Origin: Candidatus Saccharimonadota bacterium
Lineage (GTDB): Bacteria > Patescibacteriota > Saccharimonadia > Saccharimonadales > UBA4665
DNA length: 32,000 bases
Direction of reading: 5' to 3'
Assembly: GCA_003516025.1 (NCBI GenBank)
Contig: CP023991.1
Coordinates: forward strand, 90,001-122,000
Shown here: piece by piece, positions 1 through 8,084 of the stretch
Layout of the letters: the number at the start of each line of letters is the position of its first letter
Numbering within the stretch: position 1 is the stretch's first letter
Position numbers and translations under genes: made by a program
Notes under the pieces: generated by a model
Databases searched by the model: none
What the model was told of the DNA's origin: nothing
The model's input: the letters and a program-made list of their open reading frames with translations, nothing else

Positions 1-516
1 GATAATTACCGGGGCGGTCCGTCGCAGTTCGTAAAAGTCAACGCCGACAATACCGGTAAGCAAACGTTGCTCGGCCAGCAAGTGTGGAATATTGTCCGGA
101 CATCTTATGACGACCTGAGCTTGTATACCTATAACAATCAGGAACGCCGGGACAACTGGTACTTGTACCACGTCGGTGACAGTGAAGCCAAAAAGCTGGC
201 ACAGGCTCCATCGAGCAGCTACGAGACGCGGTCGTACCTGGACGCGGCCGACGGTAAGCACTCATTATGGACTGAAAGCCGGGATGGCAAAGGCGCGCTG
301 CTGGTTTACGACACTGCTAGCCGCAAAGATACTGTACTAACAACGCAAAGCGGCCTCACGCAGCCGCTGCGATGGCTGGATAGCAGGACAGTAGTGTACC
401 GTATTGCCACCTCACAGGAAACCGCTTCGTACGCTAAAAGCCTGGACGGCGGCGAAGCCAGGAGGATCGTCGACGTTACCGCTGTAGGCGGTCTCGGCGG
501 CAGTGGTCAGTACTAG
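1..516 (+). CDS. C-terminal part of a WD40-like (PD40/TolB-type) beta-propeller repeat protein; the 5' end lies outside the window
   Basis: Frame 1 is open from base 1 (no stop before the listed M at 67) to TAG 514-516. Blade-like segments include DGKHSLWTESRDGKGALLVYD and SRTVVYRI. Confidence 0.45.
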   Translation, partial: DNYRGGPSQFVKVNADNTGKQTLLGQQVWNIVRTSYDDLSLYTYNNQERRDNWYLYHVGDSEAKKLAQAPSSSYETRSYLDAADGKHSLWTESRDGKGALLVYDTASRKDTVLTTQSGLTQPLRWLDSRTVVYRIATSQETASYAKSLDGGEARRIVDVTAVGGLGGSGQY

Positions 517-539
517 CTGTTTCTGTCATACTGACAGTA

Positions 540-1400
540 ATGGTCGGAAACCCTTTTTCTCATGCTCAAATTGATGAGTTTATAACAACATTATCTCTGT
601 ATTATGACCATAGCGGCCGGCATGATATGTTGTGGCGCCAACCGTCAGTGAGTGATTCGACCGGATATTTTGATCCCTATAAAATCATGGTTTCTGAGTT
701 GATGCTGCAACAAACGCAAGTCACCAGGGTAGCGACAAAATATGTAGAGTTTTTAACTACATTTCCTAAGGTTGAAAGTTTAGCGGAAGCCGAACTGAGC
801 GAGGTTTTAAAGCTCTGGAACGGCCTTGGTTACAATCGACGCGCTAAGTTTATCTGGCAGGCAGCCCGGATGGTTATGGAAAAGCATGCTGGCATATTTC
901 CTGATACGCTGGAAGGTCTGGTGAAATTGCCTGGCATAGGTCCGAATACGGCCGGTGCCATCATGGCTTACGCCTATAACCAGCCAATCGTATTTATTGA
1001 AACCAACGTCCGAACGGTTATAATCCACCACTTTTTCCCCGATCAGGATGCCGTCCCGGACGCGGCGGTTCGCTCGGCTATGGAGCAGGTGTTACCGCAA
1101 GCCGCCCGCGAAGGCCTAGAGCCGCGTCAGTTCTACTGGGCAATGATGGACTACGGCAGCCACCTGAAGGCTACGGTCGGTAATGTGAGCCGCCTTAGTA
1201 AACACTACGCCAAACAATCGGCCTTCGAGGGTTCAAAACGCCAATTGCGCGGCGCGGTCATCCGGTTGCTTGCTGCCGGTCCGCAGACGCTCGCCCAGCT
1301 TAAAGGCGCAGTCAGTGATGAGCGGCTTGACGAAATACTGGACGGATTGGTGCGGGAGGAAATGCTCCAGTATAAGTCTGAGTTATATCAACTCGGCTAA
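540..1400 (+). CDS. mutY: HhH-GPD DNA glycosylase of the MutY (A/G-specific adenine glycosylase) type, with no cysteines and no NUDIX-like C-terminal domain
   Basis: VSELMLQQTQV (catalytic Glu region), helix-hairpin-helix LPGIGPNTAGAI, WNGLGYNRRA and FYWAMMDYG motifs. TGTCATACT extended -10 lies at 524-532, 7 nt before the ATG. Confidence 0.7.
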   Translation: MVGNPFSHAQIDEFITTLSLYYDHSGRHDMLWRQPSVSDSTGYFDPYKIMVSELMLQQTQVTRVATKYVEFLTTFPKVESLAEAELSEVLKLWNGLGYNRRAKFIWQAARMVMEKHAGIFPDTLEGLVKLPGIGPNTAGAIMAYAYNQPIVFIETNVRTVIIHHFFPDQDAVPDAAVRSAMEQVLPQAAREGLEPRQFYWAMMDYGSHLKATVGNVSRLSKHYAKQSAFEGSKRQLRGAVIRLLAAGPQTLAQLKGAVSDERLDEILDGLVREEMLQYKSELYQLG

Positions 1401-1429
1401 ACACGTAGAATATTGTATAATAGTAGATT

Positions 1430-2014
1430 ATGACTGTTTTTCACCAACTAACTGAGCCTGCCGTCGTGGCCGCTCTGCGATCCGGCGCTGTCGGGGTATT
1501 GCCAGGTGACACGGTCTACGGCCTTATGGCCTCGGCTGGCAATCCTGACGCTGTCACAAAATTGTTCCAGCTAAAGCAACGCGAAAACAAACCGGGCACG
1601 GTTATCGCGGCCAGTGTTGACCAACTCGTCGAACTTGGTCTGAAGCGCCGCTACCTGACAGCGGTTGAACAGTATTGGCCGGGGCCGGTAAGCGTGATCA
1701 TTCCGGTCGATAACCGTGAAGAATTAAATTATTTGCATCAAGGCCTGTATGGTTTGGCGGTACGCATCCCGAAAGACGACCAACTCCTCAAGTTACTGCA
1801 GGAAACTGGTCCGCTTATGACTTCAAGCGCCAATTTAGCCGGACAGCCAACTTCAACGACGCTTCGGCAGGCACAGGAGTACTTCGGCGAAAAAGCTGAC
1901 TTTTACGTCGAAGGCGGTGACTTATCCGACCGGCTGCCATCAACGGTTATTCGAATTATAGATGATGCCGTGGAAGTCGTGCGCCAGGGCGCTGTTATAA
2001 TTGACCAAGACTAA
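1430..2014 (+). CDS. tsaC: L-threonylcarbamoyladenylate synthase (YrdC/Sua5/TsaC family, single-domain form)
   Basis: PGDTVYGL, KQRENKPGTVI and TSSANLAGQP motifs; about 190 aa. TATAAT 1416-1421 lies 8 nt before the ATG. Confidence 0.85.
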   Translation: MTVFHQLTEPAVVAALRSGAVGVLPGDTVYGLMASAGNPDAVTKLFQLKQRENKPGTVIAASVDQLVELGLKRRYLTAVEQYWPGPVSVIIPVDNREELNYLHQGLYGLAVRIPKDDQLLKLLQETGPLMTSSANLAGQPTSTTLRQAQEYFGEKADFYVEGGDLSDRLPSTVIRIIDDAVEVVRQGAVIIDQD

Positions 2015-2035
2015 CAGGATTAACAGGGGGCACGC

Positions 2036-2368
2036 ATGACATTCGACGACTACCAAAAGCAGGCACTGACGACGGCCGTAACCAATCCGGACCCATTGAT
2101 GGACAAAACAATTTGGGCGATGGGTGTCGCTGGTGAGGCAGGCGAGGTGATTGAAAAATGGAAAAAGATCGTGGCCTACAAGGGCGGGGAAATTACCGAT
2201 GAAGACAAAACTGAGTTAGGTAAGGAACTCGGCGATGTCGTGTGGTATATCGCCGTACTTGCCGACCGGCTTGGGTTGTCCTTTGACGAAATCATGCAAA
2301 AAAATCTGGCTAAACTGCAGGACCGCCAAAAACGGCAGGTTATTAAAGGCGCAGGCGATAACCGCTAG
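2036..2368 (+). CDS. MazG-like nucleoside triphosphate pyrophosphohydrolase (small single-domain form)
   Basis: AGEAGEVxEKWKK ... ELGDVVWY ... NxxKL pattern typical of the MazG/all-alpha NTP-PPase fold. SD AGGGGG lies upstream, and the gene is likely co-transcribed with tsaC. Confidence 0.75.
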   Translation: MTFDDYQKQALTTAVTNPDPLMDKTIWAMGVAGEAGEVIEKWKKIVAYKGGEITDEDKTELGKELGDVVWYIAVLADRLGLSFDEIMQKNLAKLQDRQKRQVIKGAGDNR

Positions 2369-2371
2369 AAA

Positions 2372-3670
2372 CTAAGCGGCTGTAACGAATTCTTTGCGCA
2401 GCCATTCGTCCAGGCTGCCGCCACCGCCAGCTGAAATACAGACTACCGTATCGCCGGCAAGCAAATGATCCTGAATGGCCTGCTTGAGTTCCGGCCCAAG
2501 TTGGCTGGCCACGGTTTTTGCCTGAGCGGTGTCGCTGAGCAGCGCGCGCAAGTCCGCCGGTGTCAGGAGGGCCAGCGATTCATCTTCGCGGGCCAGGTAG
2601 CTCGGTACAATGTATACTTGTTTGACGCCATCGAACAGGTCGCGCAGTTCGTCCTTAATAAAGTGCTGCCGCGTATTGTGGAGGCCTTCGTAGACAACCA
2701 CTACTTTACCTTCGGCAATCTCAGACGCCGTTTCCAGCGTGCCACGGATTTTAGGCGGTGTATGAGCGTAATCGGTGATTAAACCCGGCAGCAGCTGTTC
2801 AAAACGCCTGGAAACGCCCGGAAAGGCCTCCATGTGCGGCTGTAGTTCGCCGAGCGGCTTACCGGTAATAAATGAAACGGCTTGCATGACCTGCCAGGCG
2901 TCTTCGCGGTTAACGATGCCTGGAAGTTTGAGGCCGGCAATTTCCGGCGCGTCTTTGGCCAGTACGGTATGTTGTTCGGTTGGCTTGAACTGCAGTTTGT
3001 CCGCGTCTTCTTTCCATAGTAAGGTATGTACACTTTGCGTCACAAACTGCGCGAAAGCCTGCTCGTAATCAGGCCGGGTAGGATATATATCAGGATGATC
3101 CCAGTCGATACCAGTGACAACGGAAACGTATGGATGAAAGGTGAGGAAATTACGATCGAATTCGTCGGCTTCATATACAAAGTATTCACTACCAGGCTGG
3201 TAATGGCCCATTTCGCCAAATGAAATTTTGCCCCCCACCGAGTAACTGATAGGAATACTCAAACGGTTACATAGCCAGATGGCCATGGCTGTAGTGGTGG
3301 TCTTGCCGTGCGTTCCGGCAATGGCAAGCAGCTTCAAGTTCTTTTCGATCATGATATGGCTCAGCAGTTCGTCACGCTTGGTCATTTTAATACCGCGTTC
3401 CCGGCAGAATACCAGTTCGGGCGCGTTGGGCTGCTCAATGGCTACCGCCGATGAAAATACGTACCAGTCTATCGGTTGAGCGGTATGTATCTGTTCAATC
3501 TGCTCGGTGGTCTGGCCAATATGGATGTTTTGGATTCCATGGTCCTGTAAATAATGGATATACTGCGAGTCCTGCTTGTCGGAGCCGGAAACGATGTAAC
3601 CGGCTTGATGGGCAATCAGTGCTAGAGGCCCAAGGCCGGTACCACCGATACCTGAGAAGTAAATATGCAT
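2372..3670 (-). CDS. murC: UDP-N-acetylmuramate--L-alanine ligase (Mur ligase family; MurC most likely, Mpl not excluded)
   Basis: N-terminal IYFSGIGGTGLGPLA Rossmann motif, P-loop AGTHGKTTTT, and DYAHTPPKI near the C-domain. I prefer ATG at 3670 (MHIYFSGIGG) over the TTG at 3694 listed in the ORF track. Confidence 0.8.
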   Translation of the reverse strand: MHIYFSGIGGTGLGPLALIAHQAGYIVSGSDKQDSQYIHYLQDHGIQNIHIGQTTEQIEQIHTAQPIDWYVFSSAVAIEQPNAPELVFCRERGIKMTKRDELLSHIMIEKNLKLLAIAGTHGKTTTTAMAIWLCNRLSIPISYSVGGKISFGEMGHYQPGSEYFVYEADEFDRNFLTFHPYVSVVTGIDWDHPDIYPTRPDYEQAFAQFVTQSVHTLLWKEDADKLQFKPTEQHTVLAKDAPEIAGLKLPGIVNREDAWQVMQAVSFITGKPLGELQPHMEAFPGVSRRFEQLLPGLITDYAHTPPKIRGTLETASEIAEGKVVVVYEGLHNTRQHFIKDELRDLFDGVKQVYIVPSYLAREDESLALLTPADLRALLSDTAQAKTVASQLGPELKQAIQDHLLAGDTVVCISAGGGGSLDEWLRKEFVTAA

Positions 3671-3756
3671 ATTTAATAGTCTAAACGGCCACAACCGAAT
3701 AGTCCACTGCGACGGTCGGAGCTATACAAACATAAGTAGGATATAATCATAAGTAT

Positions 3757-4347
3757 ATGAATGTTCGGCAACTGCATCACTTGTGGACTAAAGTCCGGCC
3801 TGTTGAACCAGGTTATTTTTTTATTGCCGCCGGACTGTTCCTGGTGCTGGGAGTATTTGGTCTGCGTGCTAACTACATGCACATGGATGAGTTGCGGAAC
3901 GCCGTGTACGAAGCAGATAAAAATAACGGTGATACCAGCGCCGCGCTCACGAACCTGCAACGGTACGTAACGGCGCACATGAATACTAAATTAGCAGCGG
4001 ACAACGGCGTATATCCGCCTATCCAGTTGCAATACACGTACGAACGGTTACGGGAAACCAACGCCAAGGCAAGCAACGAACAGGTTTACGCTGATGCCCA
4101 GGCCCACTGCGAAGCCCAGAATTCCAGTGACTTCTCCGGCCGCAACCGCGTGCCATGCATTGAAGAGTATGTCGAGAGCCACGGTGTTCAGCAGAAAACT
4201 ATTCCCGACGCCATGTATAAGTTTGATTTTATCTCGCCAACCTGGTCGCCTGACTTTGCCGGCATTAGCCTGCTACTGGCTGGCCTGAGTTCTGTAGTCG
4301 GGGCCAGTTGGTGGGCGCTTCGCGGCTGGATTAAGCGCCGCGTCTAA
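3757..4347 (+). CDS. Hypothetical membrane protein with N- and C-terminal TM helices and a soluble middle part containing 2 Cys
   Basis: 196-aa ORF with hydrophobic segments YFFIAAGLFLVLGVFGL and ISLLLAGLSSVVGASWWAL. TATAAT 3742-3747 lies 9 nt upstream of the ATG. Confidence 0.7.
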   Translation: MNVRQLHHLWTKVRPVEPGYFFIAAGLFLVLGVFGLRANYMHMDELRNAVYEADKNNGDTSAALTNLQRYVTAHMNTKLAADNGVYPPIQLQYTYERLRETNAKASNEQVYADAQAHCEAQNSSDFSGRNRVPCIEEYVESHGVQQKTIPDAMYKFDFISPTWSPDFAGISLLLAGLSSVVGASWWALRGWIKRRV

Positions 4348-4358
4348 TGTTTATTTAG

Positions 4359-4460
4359 CTAGCTTACCGAACCGGGGCCACCACGCCCTTTATCTTTAAA
4401 GTGCAGCAGTACAACGCCGGTGCCAAGGAATAAGAGCAGTGCCATTATGAAACGTAGCAT
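4359..4460 (-). CDS. Candidate 33-aa single-TM micro-protein (MLRFIMALLLFLGTGVVLLHFKDKGRGGPGSVS)
   Basis: ATG at 4460, TAG at 4359-4361. TACAAT (4474..4469, minus) lies 8 nt upstream of the ATG, directly after the terminator of the upstream gene. No homology evidence. Confidence 0.25.
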   Translation of the reverse strand: MLRFIMALLLFLGTGVVLLHFKDKGRGGPGSVS

Positions 4461-4490
4461 ATATCAGTATTGTATAGCATCCGCGGCCTA

Positions 4491-4524
4491 TAAAAATAGC
4501 TCCCTGCCGAGGCGAAGGAGCTAT
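4491..4524 (-). terminator. Rho-independent terminator of the 4551-5243 gene
   Basis: On the minus strand, ATAGCTCC - 13 nt loop - GGAGCTAT is followed by TTTTTA. Confidence 0.7.
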
Positions 4525-4550
4525 TAGTGCTATTTGTATAGCTGAAGGAA

Positions 4551-5243
4551 CTAAGGGGTTTTAGTTGTGGTACTGTTACCGGTTGTAGGTGTTGTAGTAG
4601 CTCCTGTGCCAGTAGAGGTGCTGTTTTGAGTGCTGGAGCTTGGTGCCTGCTGTGTAGAGTTGCTTGTGGTGCTACAAGTCTGGCCCTTAGGATTATCTTT
4701 CTGGTACTGAGCGATAGCCTTAACGACTTGGCTTGATCCCTGGAGATTTTCCCAGAACAACACCTGATCCTCGTTAATGATCATCTGATCGTAAGGACCA
4801 TGGAGTTCACAACCCAGTTTCACCAGCTGTACACTATTGTTGGAGTCAGTGGTGTCGGTACCCGCTTGTTCGGTAGCGGTGCCATTTGTCTGAAGATAGT
4901 AAATACTGCCGAGGCTGATGTACTTATTAGTTAGATCTTTGATTTTACCAAAGTATACCTGGCCATTGTTCAGGAAAACTGCCTGGTAGCTGTCTTTCTT
5001 GATGGCGTTTGCCTGGCTCTTGCCGCCGAATACCGCGAAGGCGGCTATGGCGATGATCAGTACCGTAACGGCAAACAGCAAAGCGACGGCTGTCCGTTGT
5101 AACCACGCGTGGCTCAGTTTAGCGGGGCGTGGACTACTACCGTTACTACTGCTGTTAGTTGATACACTGCTGGCGCTCGGACTTACGTTAGAGCTTGCAG
5201 GTGTTGCGGCGGGTCGCCCAGCGCCACGGTTGCGAAAATCCAT
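4551..5243 (-). CDS. Membrane-anchored hypothetical protein with Ser-rich N-terminus, one TM helix, a globular ectodomain and a Ser/Thr-rich C-terminal tail
   Basis: Start chosen at MDFRNRGAG (ATG 5243), which is preceded by AGGAAG SD 7 nt upstream. TM helix is AVALLFAVTVLIIAIAAFAVF. C-terminus is TTSNSTQQAPSSSTQNSTSTGTGATTTPTTGNSTTTKTP. Confidence 0.7.
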   Translation of the reverse strand: MDFRNRGAGRPAATPASSNVSPSASSVSTNSSSNGSSPRPAKLSHAWLQRTAVALLFAVTVLIIAIAAFAVFGGKSQANAIKKDSYQAVFLNNGQVYFGKIKDLTNKYISLGSIYYLQTNGTATEQAGTDTTDSNNSVQLVKLGCELHGPYDQMIINEDQVLFWENLQGSSQVVKAIAQYQKDNPKGQTCSTTSNSTQQAPSSSTQNSTSTGTGATTTPTTGNSTTTKTP

Positions 5244-5403
5244 ATATATACTTCCTACCCTTTTATGCTTATAGCACATAGTGTAATACATAACCGTAAT
5301 GGGCGCAATAAACCGGCTTTAGCGTTCTAAGGTGTTGACAAATAAAATACCCCCAGAGTATTTTAGGGGTACCACCACTAACCATAAGAGAGGGAAACTT
5401 ACT

Positions 5404-5601
5404 ATGGCTTACAAGCACACGAATTCGAAAGGCGTAACATACTACCTGAATTCAAAGAAGGTTACATTACGCGGCGGTAAAGAGCAGCCAATCTATTACT
5501 TTTCTAAGGATGAGCGCCCGGAAGGCGTTGATTTGCCAGATGGCAAGCAAGTCAAGGAAAACCCACGCAACGGCTTCCTGACTGTTTCTAACAAAGCTTA
5601 G
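5404..5601 (+). CDS. Small basic hypothetical protein (65 aa)
   Basis: ATG 5404 is preceded by an AGAGAGGGA SD. The TTGACA at 5333-5338 lies inside the longer GTG-started ORF given in the track, so the short form is preferred. Confidence 0.6.
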   Translation: MAYKHTNSKGVTYYLNSKKVTLRGGKEQPIYYFSKDERPEGVDLPDGKQVKENPRNGFLTVSNKA

Positions 5602-5623
5602 TTAGCGTACGCGTTCAGTTTAA

Positions 5624-5660
5624 AACCTCCCGTTCATATATGCGCGGGAGGTTTGTTTTT
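5624..5660 (+). terminator. Rho-independent terminator after the 5404-5601 gene
   Basis: AACCTCCCG - 12 nt loop - CGGGAGGTT followed by TGTTTTT. Confidence 0.75.
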
Positions 5661-5690
5661 AACATAGGCAGTGCTGGTATACTGAAAATT

Positions 5691-6449
5691 ATGAGCGACT
5701 CAATTCTTAGTATAAAAAACCTGAAAAAAGTATATGACGGCGTACCGGTCGTCGATGGCATCTCATTCGAGGTAAAACGGGGCGAAATTTTCGGTATCCT
5801 CGGCCCGAACGGCGCCGGTAAGACCACGACGCTGGAAATGATTGAAACGCTGCGGCCAATCGATGGCGGGGAAATTACGCTGGACGGCTTCAACGTGGCC
5901 AAACAACCCGACCAGGTTAAGGCTATTATCGGTATCCAGCCTCAGTCGCCGGCATTCCAGGACAAGACCCGCCTGAGCGAAATCATTGAGCTGTTCGCGG
6001 CTGCGTACGGCGAAAAAGTTGATGTCATGCAGTATCTTAACGATGTGCAACTTGGCGAAAAGGCCAAATCGTACGCCGAAGACCTGTCCGGCGGCCAGCG
6101 CCAGCGCCTGAGCATCGCCGCCGCCCTGGTACACAGCCCCAAGGTATTTTTTATGGATGAACCGACCACTGGCCTCGACCCGCAGGCCCGCCGCAACCTT
6201 TGGGATCTCACCCAGCAAATCCGCGACCGGGGCGTTACGGTAGTTATGACCACGCACTATATGGATGAGGCCGAATTGCTGTGCGACCGGGTAGCCATTA
6301 TGGATAAGGGCAAGTTGATCGCGCTTGATACTCCTAAAAACCTTATTAAACAGTTGCTGGCTAAAGGTTTTACCAAGAAACAGCATGTTGAGCAGGCGAA
6401 CCTGGAAGATGTATTTATTGATTTCACCGGCAAGGCGCTGAGGGACTAA
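5691..6449 (+). CDS. ABC transporter ATP-binding protein (ABC-2 / DrrA-NatA-like exporter)
   Basis: Walker A GPNGAGKTT, signature LSGGQRQR, Walker B FFMDEPTTGLD. Start at MSDSILSIKNL, with TGGTATACT extended -10 at 5675-5683, 7 nt upstream. Confidence 0.9.
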   Translation: MSDSILSIKNLKKVYDGVPVVDGISFEVKRGEIFGILGPNGAGKTTTLEMIETLRPIDGGEITLDGFNVAKQPDQVKAIIGIQPQSPAFQDKTRLSEIIELFAAAYGEKVDVMQYLNDVQLGEKAKSYAEDLSGGQRQRLSIAAALVHSPKVFFMDEPTTGLDPQARRNLWDLTQQIRDRGVTVVMTTHYMDEAELLCDRVAIMDKGKLIALDTPKNLIKQLLAKGFTKKQHVEQANLEDVFIDFTGKALRD

Positions 6450-6450
6450 T

Positions 6451-7578
6451 ATGAAGAAAAAGCTATACACCGTACTTATTTTTAGCAAACTCAATACCCG
6501 GCGTTTTTTCCGCGACCGATTGTCGATTTTTTTCGGCATCCTGTTCCCCCTGATCTTCCTGTTCGTATTCGGCGGCATTTTCGGGAGCCAGGACAACAGC
6601 ATCTCCTTTAGCGTGGCGCTGGTAAATGATTCGCCGTCGGCTTTTGCCAAGGATTACGCCGACGCGATTAAAAAGTCTGAAGTATTTAAGGTTGACCCGG
6701 ACATTAAAACTCTCGACGGCGCCCGTGAAAAGATGGGCCGCAGCCAGCTGGACGCCACGCTGGTGCTGCCAAAAGATTTTGGCGTTGTCAAACAGGGTCA
6801 GACGTACCCGAGCGGTACGCTCATGGTCTACTACACTAACAATAACGCTACTGCCGGCCAGCAATTAGCCACGCAGTTAAACGGTTCGTTTAACGATCCC
6901 AAGCAAGACGGCATAAACATCAAACTGACGGGTATCACGCCACCGTTCACCGCCGAAGGCAAAGAACTCAACCAAAAGAGTCTCAGTCCGTTTGACTATA
7001 CCTTCGCCGGCCTGCTGGGCTTCTCGATTATCGGTTTAGGCATTTTTGGACCGGTCAATGTTTTTCCGGAATTGAAAAAACAGGGTATTTTGCGCCGCCT
7101 GCACACTACCTCGCTTAAAACCTGGCAATACTTCCTGGCGACCATGTTGTCACAGGCCGTGATTGGCCTGGTGTCACTGGCGGTTATGTTCGCCGTCGCT
7201 ATCGCGGTATTTGACCTGCGCGTTCTTGGCAACTGGCTGGAGCTGACGGCGTTCCTTACGCTGAGCATTTTCGCTATTCTCGGCATCGGTTTGGCCATCG
7301 GCGGCTGGGCTAAAAATGAGCGTCAGGCGGCTCCATTAAGTAACATCGTAGTTTTCCCAATGATGTTCCTATCCGGCACCTTCTTCCCACGCTTCCTCAT
7401 GCCTGAATGGCTGCAGAACGTTTCGGCATTCTTGCCGCTGACGCCGGTGGTTGACGGCATCCGTCTGATCGCCACCGAAGGCAAGCACTTCGTCGATCTT
7501 GGGCCGCAGCTTGGCCTGATCGCTCTCTGGATCGTGGTCATCTATGCTATCGCTTTCAAAGTTTTCCGCTGGGAATAA
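6451..7578 (+). CDS. ABC-2 type transporter permease
   Basis: N-terminal TM helix, large extracytoplasmic loop, then 5 C-terminal TM helices. It starts 1 nt after the ATPase stop and has a GAGGGA SD. Confidence 0.85.
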   Translation: MKKKLYTVLIFSKLNTRRFFRDRLSIFFGILFPLIFLFVFGGIFGSQDNSISFSVALVNDSPSAFAKDYADAIKKSEVFKVDPDIKTLDGAREKMGRSQLDATLVLPKDFGVVKQGQTYPSGTLMVYYTNNNATAGQQLATQLNGSFNDPKQDGINIKLTGITPPFTAEGKELNQKSLSPFDYTFAGLLGFSIIGLGIFGPVNVFPELKKQGILRRLHTTSLKTWQYFLATMLSQAVIGLVSLAVMFAVAIAVFDLRVLGNWLELTAFLTLSIFAILGIGLAIGGWAKNERQAAPLSNIVVFPMMFLSGTFFPRFLMPEWLQNVSAFLPLTPVVDGIRLIATEGKHFVDLGPQLGLIALWIVVIYAIAFKVFRWE

Positions 7579-7600
7579 ACCGCACAACCGTCGGAGCGTA

Positions 7601-7629
7601 TTGAAAATTATAAGCAAAAGTGCTATAAT
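7601..7629 (+). promoter_or_regulatory. Sigma-70-type promoter TTGAAA-17 nt-TATAAT (with TGC extended -10)
   Basis: TTGAAA 7601-7606, 17-nt spacer, TATAAT 7624-7629. The ATG of the next ORF lies 6 nt further on, at 7636. Confidence 0.65.
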
Positions 7630-7635
7630 AGTAAC

Positions 7636-8082
7636 ATGACTTCCGCACACCAAGAATTCATACAAACAGAACCCCTCCAAACCACTGAAGCAGATGATCC
7701 GCGAGTCGAAACACTTGACCGTCAGGGTTGGACAGCAGACGATATCCGCCGCAAAACGGCCGGAGTCGTAACCGGCAGGCCGCAAGCCGATGACACCCTC
7801 CCCGCGCGACAAACATTCAGGTCTCCGGCCGGTCGAAGCGGCAGCGTCCGTTCATTTGTTTCCGATCCCGGCAACGATCCTTATTGGAATGGTACGGTCC
7901 AGCCCTCCGCGGAAGAGCAGGCTCGAGCTGCGGGGCCCGATTCGCCCGGTTGGATCGCCGCTCATGCTGTAGCTGCTGAGATAAGTGCCCGTTCTTTAAA
8001 AAGACGCGCCGAAGAGCAGGGCAGCGACCACTATCTGTCAGCGTTGGAACGGGCACGCCGTGAGCGGAAAGCCCGGCCCTGA
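7636..8082 (+). CDS. Hypothetical protein, Ala/Arg/Asp/Pro/Gly-rich and probably largely disordered
   Basis: 148-aa ORF directly behind a near-consensus promoter. Its stop lies 2 nt before the dus ATG. Visibly more GC-rich than its neighbours. Confidence 0.5.
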   Translation: MTSAHQEFIQTEPLQTTEADDPRVETLDRQGWTADDIRRKTAGVVTGRPQADDTLPARQTFRSPAGRSGSVRSFVSDPGNDPYWNGTVQPSAEEQARAAGPDSPGWIAAHAVAAEISARSLKRRAEEQGSDHYLSALERARRERKARP

Positions 8083-8084
8083 GC

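Noticed and set aside
5332-5403. Long N-terminal extensions in the ORF track (5332, 5640, 24909, 26155, 3694, 5291, 17979, 16813)
   Set aside because: The extensions start at TTG/GTG or at upstream ATGs that overlap promoter elements or lack an SD. They add non-conserved residues ahead of canonical family N-termini. Downstream ATGs with a proper SD or leaderless geometry are preferred.
5763-6650. 295-aa ORF on the minus strand
   Set aside because: It is entirely antisense to the ABC ATPase and permease genes, which carry unambiguous Walker A/B and signature motifs. Its product is Arg/Leu/Gly-rich, as is typical of shadow ORFs.
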